Source: Tetramitus jugosus
Taxonomy: Eukaryota > Protista > Heterolobosea
Assembly: GCA_937625935.1 (NCBI GenBank)
Contig: OW569393.1
Location: 62,001 to 126,000 of the forward strand
DNA length: 64,000 nt
Direction: 5' to 3'
Under the pieces are notes generated by a model. The model did no database searches. It worked only from the letters and a program-made list of their open reading frames with translations, and was not told the origin of the DNA. Positions 50,872-62,500 of the stretch are shown piece by piece. Position 1 is the first letter of the stretch. Each line of letters begins with the position of its first letter. Both the position numbers and the translations under genes were made by a program.

Positions 50872-52713
50872 TCACAACGTTTTTCCTCTCATGCTGAAAC
50901 CCTTGTCGAGCAACCATCGTAGCGTGAGTATTTCCGGCCTTAGCAATGCAGCGTGGAGTAAGTTGCCACACGATGTTGGATAATCTTTGAATAGTCGATC
51001 CTTGAAGCAAGGTAAAGTGATTGCTTCTCCAAGAAACGGGACAAGAATATCGATTCCGCGAGAATTGTGGAAAATTTGTTCCATGGCAGTTTGTCCCTTC
51101 TTGTTTCGTACATACAGTAAACTCTCTGGACAAACTGAAAGCAAGTACTTCACTAAATTGATGTCAACCATTCGACAGGCTGAGTGAAGAACAGTATTTC
51201 CATCATTGTCCACTCGCGTGAGTGAAGCTCCTGCTGATACCAAGAACTTGACATCCTCCAAGCATTGTTCAGAGTATTGTCGAGAGAGGAATATCTGGAT
51301 GAGTGGGACATCTTTGCGATCATTACTGATGATTCCATTCAAATCTCCCAGCGTGATCAACTCAGGCTCCAAAGACAACAGGTGTTCCATCAACTCAGTT
51401 CTGATTGGAGAGTATGGGAGATTGGATGCTTCCACGAGATAATTTTGCACACCATTGACAGCCATGGAAGGCTTGTACGTCTCTATGATTGTCTTGATCA
51501 TGGATAAATCATGGTCATTTGAGCATTGTGCGATCAAGAAACTCATGAGGGATCTAGAAGTCGAATCACCTTCTCTAACAACGGTACTGTCAACGTTAAA
51601 CACCAATTCGGGATACTTCACTCTTCTTACATCTGTTAGTAGCTCCAAGACTCTAAGCACTGGGAGCCCGCATTTGACAACAAATCCTGCATCCAATTTA
51701 GTCTGTGGAGCTAGAAGCACATTCTTTTTTCCACGTACAGAGTGAATTGGTTGAAAAGAATTATATTCTCGCACACTCAGATCAATAGTTGCTTCCAGTA
51801 TTTCATGAGTATCTATTCTCATATTGTGACGCATATGCGACAAGACAATTCCCTCCTTATCAGACATGTAATTCAAGTAATCGATATACGATACGACAGG
51901 CACTTGTAAATTTTGGGGATTATGTAGCGATTCCACCACTGACACCTCAAAATGAGAGAACAATTGTTTGACATGTTCCAAATGGGCATTCAATTCATCA
52001 TGATAATCATCTTCGAGTAAAAATAAGTAAGGCAGAGTTAAGCGCTCGATATCCACTAAAATGTCTTTCTGAGCAACCCAATAGCGATCTCCTTTCTTTG
52101 CCGAAAAAATGTCCAGGAACTGCACGTCACAATACAGAGCCGCTCCAATAACATTTAAATTCTTGGTAGAAATTGGTAATGAACAAGCAAGCATCTCCAA
52201 TTCATATTCTCCCAACACGGAGTGATCTGGATTGTCAAAGTGTGCCTGGTTCGTGCCCATCAGGTCCAATATTTCCAGTTGAGTCAATTTCGGCAACATG
52301 ATATTCACCCAGTGATAGAATTGACTAGGACTAAGTGAACCGAAACCCAATCGAAGATGTTTCACGTTGGGAAACGATTTGGTCAAGATTTCAAACAGAC
52401 GAGTGTCACAACCATCTGGATCGTTTCTTCCGATTAAACCAATAGGTTGATAGCGCACTAATGTTTCTTGGTAATGATCCGGTCGGACGTAGTACTTTGG
52501 CTTGCCATCGTCCACCAGACTCAAATATTCAACCTTGGCATAAATATGGTCATGAAATTCACTTTGCCACTGTCGACAAACAGATCTCAACATGAAATAA
52601 AAGGGAAATGCAGGAATGAATGACATGGTCAAATGAAAGATTTCTCTCGGAAACAATTGACCTTCACTGCTCACGACAAAAAGGTTCGTATGGTTGTTGC
52701 TGGCATCACACAT
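50872..52713 (-). CDS. F-box/LRR/ankyrin family member, C-terminally truncated (short form or pseudogene)
   Basis: Collinear with 52808-56245 from the F-box to WLLDKGF, then homology is lost and the ORF stops (SMRGKTL*). Confidence 0.75.
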   Translation of the reverse strand: MCDASNNHTNLFVVSSEGQLFPREIFHLTMSFIPAFPFYFMLRSVCRQWQSEFHDHIYAKVEYLSLVDDGKPKYYVRPDHYQETLVRYQPIGLIGRNDPDGCDTRLFEILTKSFPNVKHLRLGFGSLSPSQFYHWVNIMLPKLTQLEILDLMGTNQAHFDNPDHSVLGEYELEMLACSLPISTKNLNVIGAALYCDVQFLDIFSAKKGDRYWVAQKDILVDIERLTLPYLFLLEDDYHDELNAHLEHVKQLFSHFEVSVVESLHNPQNLQVPVVSYIDYLNYMSDKEGIVLSHMRHNMRIDTHEILEATIDLSVREYNSFQPIHSVRGKKNVLLAPQTKLDAGFVVKCGLPVLRVLELLTDVRRVKYPELVFNVDSTVVREGDSTSRSLMSFLIAQCSNDHDLSMIKTIIETYKPSMAVNGVQNYLVEASNLPYSPIRTELMEHLLSLEPELITLGDLNGIISNDRKDVPLIQIFLSRQYSEQCLEDVKFLVSAGASLTRVDNDGNTVLHSACRMVDINLVKYLLSVCPESLLYVRNKKGQTAMEQIFHNSRGIDILVPFLGEAITLPCFKDRLFKDYPTSCGNLLHAALLRPEILTLRWLLDKGFSMRGKTL

Positions 52714-52807
52714 TTTTCTTGTTTGTTCTTATTTGTAAGGAACTTCAATTTGTTTTCGGATTCCGGAAGTTTAAACTAAAAACAAGGAGTTGATTATGCA
52801 AGAGTTA

Positions 52808-55800
52808 CTATTCGCTTGTTTTGATTCTTTTTCTTTGTCTGCTGGGGTTGCCATTATCATTCTCATAAGCTTCTTCGTTCTTCTTCGTCAACATGCTGAT
52901 TACCTTCCGCTTCTTTTCTGATGGCTTACTAGTGAACCCTTCGAGCAAGTTCAACATGGCGTTTCCTGTTCCTGAGTCAGCAGATTTCAACGAATGATCC
53001 AACAGTGGATCATCACTGTACTGATGAACGAGCCAATTGAATATGGCTGAAGCCTCCTCTGAAACAATGAGTTGCAATGTGCTCAACGACTTAACATTGA
53101 GTCGTTCTGCTGTCTCAGACGAAGTTTGCACAAACAATTCAAGCCATGATGGCGTAGATTGCTTTTTCTCAACATGATTCAGCACTGAAATAATCCCACT
53201 CTGATTGAATGTATTTACACGTTGTTCTACCAACATCTTTCGAATGGTCTCGTGCAAACGAACCTTGGATGGAGTGATACCAAGTTTTGTGACGGCAGCC
53301 AATGCAAATTCAAAATGATTATTTTCGAAAGCAACCTGAACTGGACAGTCAAACTGCTCTGCAACAGCTTTCATGAATGGCCAGAGCAATAAAAAGATTG
53401 CATATTGATTAAAACGACAGGCAATCAGAGCAGCGTTCCTTGGTCTTTGGCCATCAACACAATTTTCGAGTGGTTGATTGACGAATTGAGAAAAGTCCTT
53501 CTTAAATCGATTCTTCCAGTGCTTGATGATGCACTTACACATAGAAATATCCCTTTCTGCGGCAATATGCAAAAGATTAGGTTTCGTTTGTTGTGTTTCA
53601 TCTCGTGCTAGGATATTGCGAGTAGATTTCATCAAATTGTTGAAGAGTGCGTTTTCTGATGCCATTTCATGTGATTCGCCCAATGCGAGGAATATGACAG
53701 GAATAGGAGCAATCACCTCGGGATCCTTGCTTATAAAAACTGGCTGATTGGCAATATCATTCAACTTGATCGATAACTCCCTCAATATGTGTAAACCATT
53801 ACGTGCCTTGAGCAAGATTTGAAGGGGACTAACACAAGAGAAGTTTTGTTGAATTGATTCGTCAGATTTTTCATAGAGCATTCCAGGGTGATGCTTAAGA
53901 CAAAGTTTTGCGCAGCTTCTCACAACAGAGTAAACAGCAGCTGTTCCCTTTTCATCTCTATCCGGCTCATCGACAATTTCGATCATCTTCTGGATGATAT
54001 AATGCAAAGCATTCAATCCATGTTTCATTCTTGGAGCCAAGAGTTTTGACAATGGCGTGGAGCATATCGATGGAGTTTGGATAATGTTATTAATCAGCGA
54101 ATAGTTCTGATGAAGAAGCGCTGATGTAACAACAGTTTCTCCTTCAGTGTTCTCAAGATCAACTTTTGCTCCTGCTTTGATCAATTCCAAAGCACATTCA
54201 TCAACAAATTCAGCTTGGTTTTCACATGAAATTTCAAAACTATACTGACTTCCTTCCGAGAAACAATAGAACAATGCATTTTCTCCTTTCTCATTCAATG
54301 CATTGGCATCAAAACCATTATTTAGAAGCCACTGGATGGCTTCGAGATGAGGACTACCAGAGGCAACATGCAATAAAGTACCACGCGATGTTTGATAATC
54401 TTTAAGCGGTTGATCCTTGAAGAGAGGTAGATTGGCAACTTCTTGAAGGAACAATAGCCGGAGACCAATGTCTCCATGAGGAGAGTGTGGTGAGAATATC
54501 AACTCGATTGGAGTTTCACCCTTACTATTTCTGTCAAATATTAAACTCTCTGGACAAACTGAAAGCAAGTACTTCACTAAATTGATGTCAACCATTCGAC
54601 AGGCTGAGTGAAGAACATTGTTTCCATCATTGTCCACTTGTGTGAGTGAAGCTCCTGATGACACCAAGAGCTTGATATCCTCCAAACACTCTACTGAGTA
54701 ATGTCGAGAGAGCAGTATTTGAATGATTGGACAATCTTTTTGATCATCATTGATGATTCCATTCAAATCTCCGAGAGTGATTAACTCAGGCTTCTCTGAC
54801 AACAAGTATTTAATCAAGTCAGTTCGGACAGGAGAGTATGGGAGAGAGGTAATGGCCGACGCAAGATAATTTTGCACGCCATTGATGGCCATGGAAGGTT
54901 TGTAAGTCTCTATGGTTGTCTTGAGCATATGAAACATTTGAACATTAGAACATTGTGAGATTAATTCCTGAAGAGGAGATAGCTTCGTGTATCCTCTGTC
55001 AAAGGTACTGTCAATGTTGAACACCAATTCAGGATACTTCATTCGACTCGGGTCTGTGAGCAACCTAAGTGTACTGGGATAGAATATGTGCTGGAATACA
55101 AACATTGAGTCCAAAATGGTTTGTGGCTCGAGTTGAAACACCTTCTCAGTTGCTGTTGAAAGAGCGCGAAGTGGTTGGAAATGAGAATACTCTCGCACCA
55201 CTATCTCAATCACTGCTTCAATTATTTCGTCAGAGTTTCTTCGATTAATGTGTTCCATGTACGATAATACAACTCCCTCTTTCCTTGACATGTAATTCAA
55301 AAAATCGACATAGGATTTCACTGGTAGATCCGATGCATGTTGATTATGTAAAGACTCGACCACTGACACGTCAAAATGTGAATAATTTTCCTTGAGAGAC
55401 TCCCAATCATTGATCGCCAATGGAATACTCATTTGATCCAAGAACAGGTAAGACAAATATAAGTTTTGAATGTTCACACATGGTGCATTGTTTTGCAAGG
55501 TTGAAAACCATGGTGGGAGAGACGGCGATTCTGTCATTGATCTTCGTCCCTTGTCCGAAAACATCTTTAACCCTGCTAACATATCGTTACTGTCATTAAA
55601 AGCAACACCAATAATTCTAAGGGTCTTGGTCGAACTTGGCAACGAGGAAACAATCATTTCCAGTTTAAGTCGAGCCATTACTGGATACAAATATCGAGAG
55701 TTATGATTCGCTGTTCCTAGAATATCCAATGATTGCAGTTGAGTCATCTTTGGCAGCATTGTCTTCACACATTGTTCGAAGTGAATGAATTCCAGAGCGT

Positions 55801-56245
55801 TCAAGCCTAATCGAAGGTGCTTCACATTGGGAAACAGATGGGCCAACTTCTCAAACAGATACACTTTATCATAAGTTCGAGAATCATTATCGCTCAATCG
55901 AACTTTTGTCCCAATTCGACCAATGGGTTTAAATTGAACCAACGATGGTTGACCGTCATCATCATTATCTTTTCTGAAATAATATTTTGGCTTTCCATCA
56001 TCCACCAGATTCAAATGTTCAACCTTGGCATAAAGATGGTCTTGAAATTCACTGAGCCACTGTCGACAAACAGATCTCAACATGAAATAAAAGGGAAATG
56101 CAGGAATGAACTGCATAATCGAATGAAACATGTCTCTGGGAATGAGTTGGTGATGAACGACAAAAAAATCAGGGTCCTTTGGTCCAAAGTCATTGTTCTT
56201 GAAATTGCTCTCAGTCAGCAGGTGCTGACCGTCATACTCTTCCAT
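52808..56245 (-). CDS. F-box/LRR/ankyrin family member, near full length
   Basis: Collinear with 8258-12247 over most of its length. F-box IPRDMFHSIMQFIPAFPFYFMLRSVCRQW, ankyrin motifs and a basic RQRKRIK tail. Confidence 0.85.
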   Translation of the reverse strand: MEEYDGQHLLTESNFKNNDFGPKDPDFFVVHHQLIPRDMFHSIMQFIPAFPFYFMLRSVCRQWLSEFQDHLYAKVEHLNLVDDGKPKYYFRKDNDDDGQPSLVQFKPIGRIGTKVRLSDNDSRTYDKVYLFEKLAHLFPNVKHLRLGLNALEFIHFEQCVKTMLPKMTQLQSLDILGTANHNSRYLYPVMARLKLEMIVSSLPSSTKTLRIIGVAFNDSNDMLAGLKMFSDKGRRSMTESPSLPPWFSTLQNNAPCVNIQNLYLSYLFLDQMSIPLAINDWESLKENYSHFDVSVVESLHNQHASDLPVKSYVDFLNYMSRKEGVVLSYMEHINRRNSDEIIEAVIEIVVREYSHFQPLRALSTATEKVFQLEPQTILDSMFVFQHIFYPSTLRLLTDPSRMKYPELVFNIDSTFDRGYTKLSPLQELISQCSNVQMFHMLKTTIETYKPSMAINGVQNYLASAITSLPYSPVRTDLIKYLLSEKPELITLGDLNGIINDDQKDCPIIQILLSRHYSVECLEDIKLLVSSGASLTQVDNDGNNVLHSACRMVDINLVKYLLSVCPESLIFDRNSKGETPIELIFSPHSPHGDIGLRLLFLQEVANLPLFKDQPLKDYQTSRGTLLHVASGSPHLEAIQWLLNNGFDANALNEKGENALFYCFSEGSQYSFEISCENQAEFVDECALELIKAGAKVDLENTEGETVVTSALLHQNYSLINNIIQTPSICSTPLSKLLAPRMKHGLNALHYIIQKMIEIVDEPDRDEKGTAAVYSVVRSCAKLCLKHHPGMLYEKSDESIQQNFSCVSPLQILLKARNGLHILRELSIKLNDIANQPVFISKDPEVIAPIPVIFLALGESHEMASENALFNNLMKSTRNILARDETQQTKPNLLHIAAERDISMCKCIIKHWKNRFKKDFSQFVNQPLENCVDGQRPRNAALIACRFNQYAIFLLLWPFMKAVAEQFDCPVQVAFENNHFEFALAAVTKLGITPSKVRLHETIRKMLVEQRVNTFNQSGIISVLNHVEKKQSTPSWLELFVQTSSETAERLNVKSLSTLQLIVSEEASAIFNWLVHQYSDDPLLDHSLKSADSGTGNAMLNLLEGFTSKPSEKKRKVISMLTKKNEEAYENDNGNPSRQRKRIKTSE

Positions 56246-56498
56246 GATCACTGGCAATCTTCTTCAATAAACTTGTTGGGGAAAAGAATCGAATACAGAA
56301 AACCGGAGTGTTCCATGTGGAAGGAGCTATTGCGGAAACAGAACCGGAGTTTGTTTTTTGGCGCCAACAGCGGAGATTTTCGGCAATGTTTTGTACTCAC
56401 TATCTATGTTTACACTGGTACATGCTGAGTGAAGAATATTGTCTTAACCAACAATCTTTTGTATTTGAACACTTGTTTATTGGTAGATTAGGGCATCA

Positions 56499-57692
56499 TC
56501 AATCTCGTTGTCTTAGGGAAACTGTTGAACGGAATGGTGTCAACTGCACATAACTTTGAACATCATTGACATCCATGAAAGGACTGTAGGTCTCTACAAT
56601 TGTTTTGATCACAATAAAGAGTTTATCGCGTAATTCTTGTTCCTTTTCACATTGTGCAATCAAGTGGTTGAGAAGAGTGCTCCTAGTCGCCCTATTTTCT
56701 CTACTACAACTCTCTTCGACAAGTGTAGTAGTAGTACTACTGTTAATGTTAAACACCAATTCGGGATACTTCATTCTACAAACAAGCAGCTCAAGTGTCC
56801 TGAGTAACACCTCGGTACAAGTCGTGACAACAAATTGCGTGTCCAATTTTGTCTGTGGAGCAATCAGTCTAGCCAAAGTTGGATATTCTTCTGTCGATTG
56901 AGATAACAGTGGTTGGAAATAAGGATATTCCCGTACAGCAATATCAATCACTGCTTCCATAATTTCGGGAGAGTCTCTTCTCATGTTGATCATTCGAGAC
57001 AACACAATTCCTTCCCTCCTTGACATGTAATTCAAATAGTCAACTGGAGAAACGAGCACTGGTAGAGTCGATGGTGAACGATTGTGTGATACTGAGTGCA
57101 CTGCTGATATCTCACATTGTGAGTAAAATTCCTTGAGAGAATCCCAGGCGTTGTCATTCAAATGATTTTGATGTAATAACAAGTAAGACAGAGATAAACA
57201 CTGAAGATCTACTTCTGGCGGTGTGGAACTGTTGATTTGTGGCATTGGTTGTCGTCCCTTGTTCGAAAACATCTTTAACCACCTAAAAGTGTACCAATTG
57301 TGCATATCAACACCAATAAACTTCAGGTTCTTGGTAGAGGGTGGTAACGAACAAGCAATCAGCTCCAGGGCATTCATCTCACTTTGTGAGTGATGATCAA
57401 CAGTGCCCACAATAACCAAAGTTTCCAGTTGAATCAACTTTGGCAACATTGCCTTCACACATTGAATGAAATAAAGAGATCCCAAGCCCAATCGAAGGTG
57501 TTTCACATCGGGAAAAGATTGAGCCAAGAACTCAAACAGATGAGTCTTGTCATAACTTGGAAAAGTCAATTCGTTGTTTGTTCCAATGAAACCAATAGGT
57601 TTAAACTGGACCAATGTGGCTTGGGCGCCTTCATCATGATTGTCCCTGCTTCTGAAATAGTACTTTGGCTTGCCATCATGAAAAACAAACAA
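56499..57692 (-). pseudogene. Fragment of the F-box/LRR/ankyrin family lacking the F-box and ankyrins
   Basis: Homology starts at DGKPKYYFR and ends after IKTIVETY. No in-frame ATG before the homologous part and no F-box upstream. Confidence 0.7.
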
Positions 57693-58525
57693 TCCTCAGT
57701 TTTCTTCTTTCATTTCTGCCTTATTTTGTTGTACAAATAATGAGTTCGTTCCAACAGAGTTGTTCCATCAAGAAAATATCACAGATTATTTTAGTCGTGT
57801 TTCAATCCGAGCTGTGTGGCGAAGTTTTGTACATCATCTCACAGTGAACAAAACTGTAGATGCTGAGCCGAAGAAAATTCCCGGGTGGCATCACATAAGG
57901 GATAAATCTAGCCATGATTTCAAAATCAACTAAATATATTAAGAAAACTTCATTTTACCAATCTCCATCTCTTACTTGATTCTTATCATGGTACAATGAT
58001 TTCACTTGTGATGCTGAGAGCTGAATAGATGAATCATCTTGTTGTGGCCATGCGTACTTGTCCTTATCGATTTGGCTCACTGATTTCACTTGATTCAGCA
58101 CGTTGGATTGGTCAATACTGTTTTGAGGCGATTCATTGTACACGTCAAACCATGGATATCCATATGAGGAGTAGGTTTGAGCTGTAATGGGTGTAGGAGG
58201 GGCCTTCATTCCTGTAATTTGCTCATACATTTCACTATTGACTATTCGGACGTAGATACGAGCCGAACAGGTTTGATCCCAGAACTCCAATCCGAAATCA
58301 TCCTTGGTAATCTCTTGTTTCATGCTGCCACCGGCTGAGAGAGACATTTCCTTTGCTTCTTGTTTAGGAACAATCATTTGACTGGCAATCTTTCTCTGTG
58401 GTTGTTCATGTATCATGCTTGCTTGTTGTTGTTGCATAGGTGCACTAAACAAGTCGGCAGATGGAAGTGGGGCGGCAGAAAAGCTGAAACATTCAGCTGA
58501 AGTTGGTGCTGAATAGCTTGGTGCA

Positions 58526-58606
58526 GGCGGAAATCTTAAAAGCAGGAAGGGAAACCTTATGCGCAGTAAACCTGAGAAGCAGTAACTTTACTGCCGGGAA
58601 AGCAGT
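58526..58606 (+). repeat. Left terminal inverted repeat
   Basis: GGCGG start, repeated GCAG motifs, and core AAGCAGTAACTTTACTG at 58577-58593. Confidence 0.85.
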
Positions 58607-58677
58607 AAAAATAGTTATCGTATCTGCAATCAACAGATACGAAAGCTAAAAACAATATCAAGATCGTTTCTAATAAA

Positions 58678-59550
58678 ATGAATAAACAACAGCTTCTCTC
58701 CTACATATCCAACAATTTCAACCGTATACGCTTCATTACTCTTCAGTATGATGATGAAGAATTAGAAAGAATTAGAGTACGACATTCCCCAACACAGCTC
58801 TCTGATATGCGTAGTAGAAGCATGACTCAACCTCAAAACACAACCACTACTGACTCACATACGGTCCAATCATCAACAAATCCACAAAATTCATACATTG
58901 AGTTACTAAGACTTATTCACACCGAGAGGAATTTTCAAATCAGGATATTTTTGATGGGTTCCATATCAACAGTCATTGAAATGATTGCTCTTTCGCGTCA
59001 GTATGCAAACACCCTAAAATCTTTGAACGCATTGTTCAACTATCAACTTCGACGCAGATGCAATCATGGTCTAGGAAATCAGTACCATAGTCGTTGTGAA
59101 GTGTGTTCCAATGCAATTTACATTATAAACATGTACCCAGAAACTCATATTTACTGGAGAAGTATTTTTTCGCTACTGGAGCATGAGCTGACATATCCTG
59201 CCAGAAACATAACAACAACCATGGAACAGAACAATCTCTATTCGTGGATGTTTAACAAAAATCTATCAAAGCTGAGTGACTTAATCGTAACAGACAAGAC
59301 ATGTCTATCTAACAGCATTAAGGTGGGAAAATTGATACAAGCCATTTATGAGAGAATAGATGTCTTGATACACTTTAAAACCAGTATCAACCACGTGGCT
59401 CGATATATACCTTCAGATGACATAGCATTTGAGAATATATGCACACAACTGGTTAAGTATATAACACCACGTGACACTAATACACATACCATAGAGCATA
59501 CGCTGAACAATGAAACTTATGAAGACATTACAATAAACTTTCACCATTAA
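58678..59550 (+). CDS. Transposon accessory ORF of unknown function (290 aa)
   Basis: Intact ORF inside the TIRs, co-oriented with and ending 37 bp before the transposase. Possible Zn-binding motif CNH...HSRCEVC. Confidence 0.75.
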   Translation: MNKQQLLSYISNNFNRIRFITLQYDDEELERIRVRHSPTQLSDMRSRSMTQPQNTTTTDSHTVQSSTNPQNSYIELLRLIHTERNFQIRIFLMGSISTVIEMIALSRQYANTLKSLNALFNYQLRRRCNHGLGNQYHSRCEVCSNAIYIINMYPETHIYWRSIFSLLEHELTYPARNITTTMEQNNLYSWMFNKNLSKLSDLIVTDKTCLSNSIKVGKLIQAIYERIDVLIHFKTSINHVARYIPSDDIAFENICTQLVKYITPRDTNTHTIEHTLNNETYEDITINFHH

Positions 59551-59587
59551 TTTTCCGATCCCAATTTTTTCAAAACACACATAAAAC

Positions 59588-62500
59588 ATGAACACAAAAA
59601 ACAATCACACACACACCTACAATAGAAGAAGACGTAGAAGAAATGCTACTAACAAAGAAGCAAATACACAAACAGCTTCGCCTATCAACTTGAATAATAT
59701 CATTCATCAATCTCTGTGTGACTTGGAAAGGTATGGCATGGCAGAATTGAGGACTATGTGTAGACAACGAGGGCTCAACGATGTATCCAACAATAAGTCA
59801 AAACTAATTACAAGACTACTACCGTATATTGAGAATTTATCATTCGATAAATCAGAGCATCATGAGATTGTACAATTTCTGAGCGAATTGGGTCTCAGTA
59901 CATTGGGAAGCCTTGAGGAGAAGAGAAGTCGTCTTGAACACCATTTTCATTTAAGGGAAGATAAAAGAGAGTATTCACAACAAGAAGAGAAGGAAACTGA
60001 TGGAAAGAATTGTCATGAATACATTGAGAATTCTCTTGAGGAACCCCGAACCCCACCTAAGCGCAAGAGGGAATTAATTACTCCGACTACTACTCCTGAA
60101 CACAAAATGAGAGCAACAGACGTTCACGAAGGATCAGGATATTTCAATATATCTATAAGTCACAGAGATGTCGACATACTTAAAGAAAAGAAGGAACTGA
60201 ATGACAATATTATTGATTACTGGTTGAAATATTTGGAAGATAACCAGGGAAAAGAAAACGTTCTGATACTGAATTCTCAAGAGACCAAGTTAATGACGTA
60301 TGATACCAAGAGATGTGCAATGAAAATCAGAAAACACATCCAAGTGTTCAGCAACAAAGTCGTATTGTTGCCTTTTTGTATTTCCAACCATTGGGTATTA
60401 TATGCAATTTGCAATTTAGACATGGGAGATCCAATCCTACTAATGCTGAACAGTTTGACGCAATCAGTTAGAAACGACGTTCTGGGATATATTCAGAACT
60501 TTCTATCAGAAAGAGCACAATTAGAAAAAGATGATGAACGTTCTTTAGAAGTGATCATAGCCGATACCTCCAAGCAGAGAAATAGCTATGACTGTGGTCT
60601 TTATATACTCAAGTACGCCGAACTTCTCATTCATACTTTTGGGGAACACGGCAGAATTGCGAGAGATTTCTCATGCTTCTTTCCTGAATCATCTATCGAA
60701 AAACTAAGATGCGATATACTTCGGTCTATGCCCCAAGATACGGTATCAACCTTGAATGAGAGCCCTCATGATACTAAGCCAGTTCCATGTACCAACATTT
60801 TTCAAAAAGAGATTTCAAACTTCGAGAAATCCCTGTCTGTTCTTTTGAAAGAAGAGAGTTCTGTTTCTGTTGACGACTATAATTATGGTGAATGGACAGT
60901 AGTTCATTCATGTTCGGTTACTGATGTTGATTCGTTTCGAAGATCATTTCCGTTTTTACAAGGATCATTTAAAAGTCAAGGATGGAAAAGAAACAAATTT
61001 TTGGAAGGATTTGAACCAAACCAGAAGGTATTTCACCAACATAATTCTTGGCCAAATCCTGTGACATCAGGCAGATGGATATACAAATGTCCAGAGAGCT
61101 ATGGAAAATCTGTTTATGCCATGTATGAATACTTTAATTGCACTAATCTTCTTTGTCAGGAGTCTGAATGCAACGCAATGTGGATGTGGCAGATGTCCTA
61201 TAAAGACGTCCCGGTTGTTTCGGTTAAGTGTTTTGGTAGGCACGGGAGCAAATGGAGACCGACACCTAACTTAATGCGCGGAGTCTCAGTTGAACAAAAG
61301 CTCATTGCCAAAGAGCAAAAACAGAAGTACAGAAACACCACCAGTTGTATAGCTAATTCTCTAGATGCATCTAAAAAAAAGCTGCAGAATTTTTTTGACC
61401 ATGAGTATCGTAAGAGGTTGCTTCATCCCAATCATTTCGAGGCGTTCAAGCTAATGTTGATTCAAATTATGGAAAAGGAGGACAGAGATCTGGAAATAAT
61501 AGTCCCGAATGACGATCTAGAATCATGCACAATTACCAATTTCTCAGTTTTGCTACTATCGAAGAACTTAATTGAGTACGCACGTCAAAACGGAAGATTA
61601 TTTGAAATTATTGGTCACGATGGAGTGTACAAACTGACAGATCAAAAGGTTCCTATCAACCTGTATACTACTGTTACCAAAAAAGATTTTAGAGGGATAG
61701 TTCTTGGTTATTCGATCGCAAGCGACAATACCCAGAAGAAACTGGAACCATTGATCAAGAGCTTTCTTCTTTACCTGAGAAGAACATATCCTACAGAGTA
61801 CAAACAACCACATTTCTCTGTCGACGAAGAAAAGAGTCAGATCAATGCTTTAAAATCACTACATCTCAGATTTAATATATGTCGTTTTCATTTGGTTAGA
61901 TCTTGGAAGAAACATGTGGTCAAAAAAGTAGATGTAGATCACAGAGGAACAGTGGCTGAATGTTTACTGCGATTGTTGGCTACTAAGAATAATGATGAAT
62001 ATAAGGAGGAGTATGATCATTTTACTGAGATATGTTCGGAAAGAGCTCCTCAATTTCTACAGTACTATAATACAGAGCATCATGATTGGGCTGAATACTG
62101 GAATTTGAGTGATCGATGTCTAAGAAACAATAGCTTGGGTTCGACAAATAATGTAACAGAAAGTGCAATAAGACTGCTTCAAAAAGATGTTTCTTCGAGA
62201 TTCAAACGATTTGATTCTTTATTAGAACATATAATGAAATTCACTCATGACCAGTTAGGAAAGCATAAGTTCAATCCTTCTCATATGAACGAGACCAAGA
62301 AGCAATTACAAGATCGTTTGGAGAAGGCGCAAGATTTATATGAACAAGGAAAAGTGATAGAAATGCTTGAAAGTCCGTTTATGTTTAACGTCGCTTCATA
62401 TGGAGTAGATATTCAGTATTGTTTCTGTACTTGTGGAGATTATAGTACTAAAATGAGAATATGCAAGCATATTAATGCTGGATTTATATATTTTGCTGTG

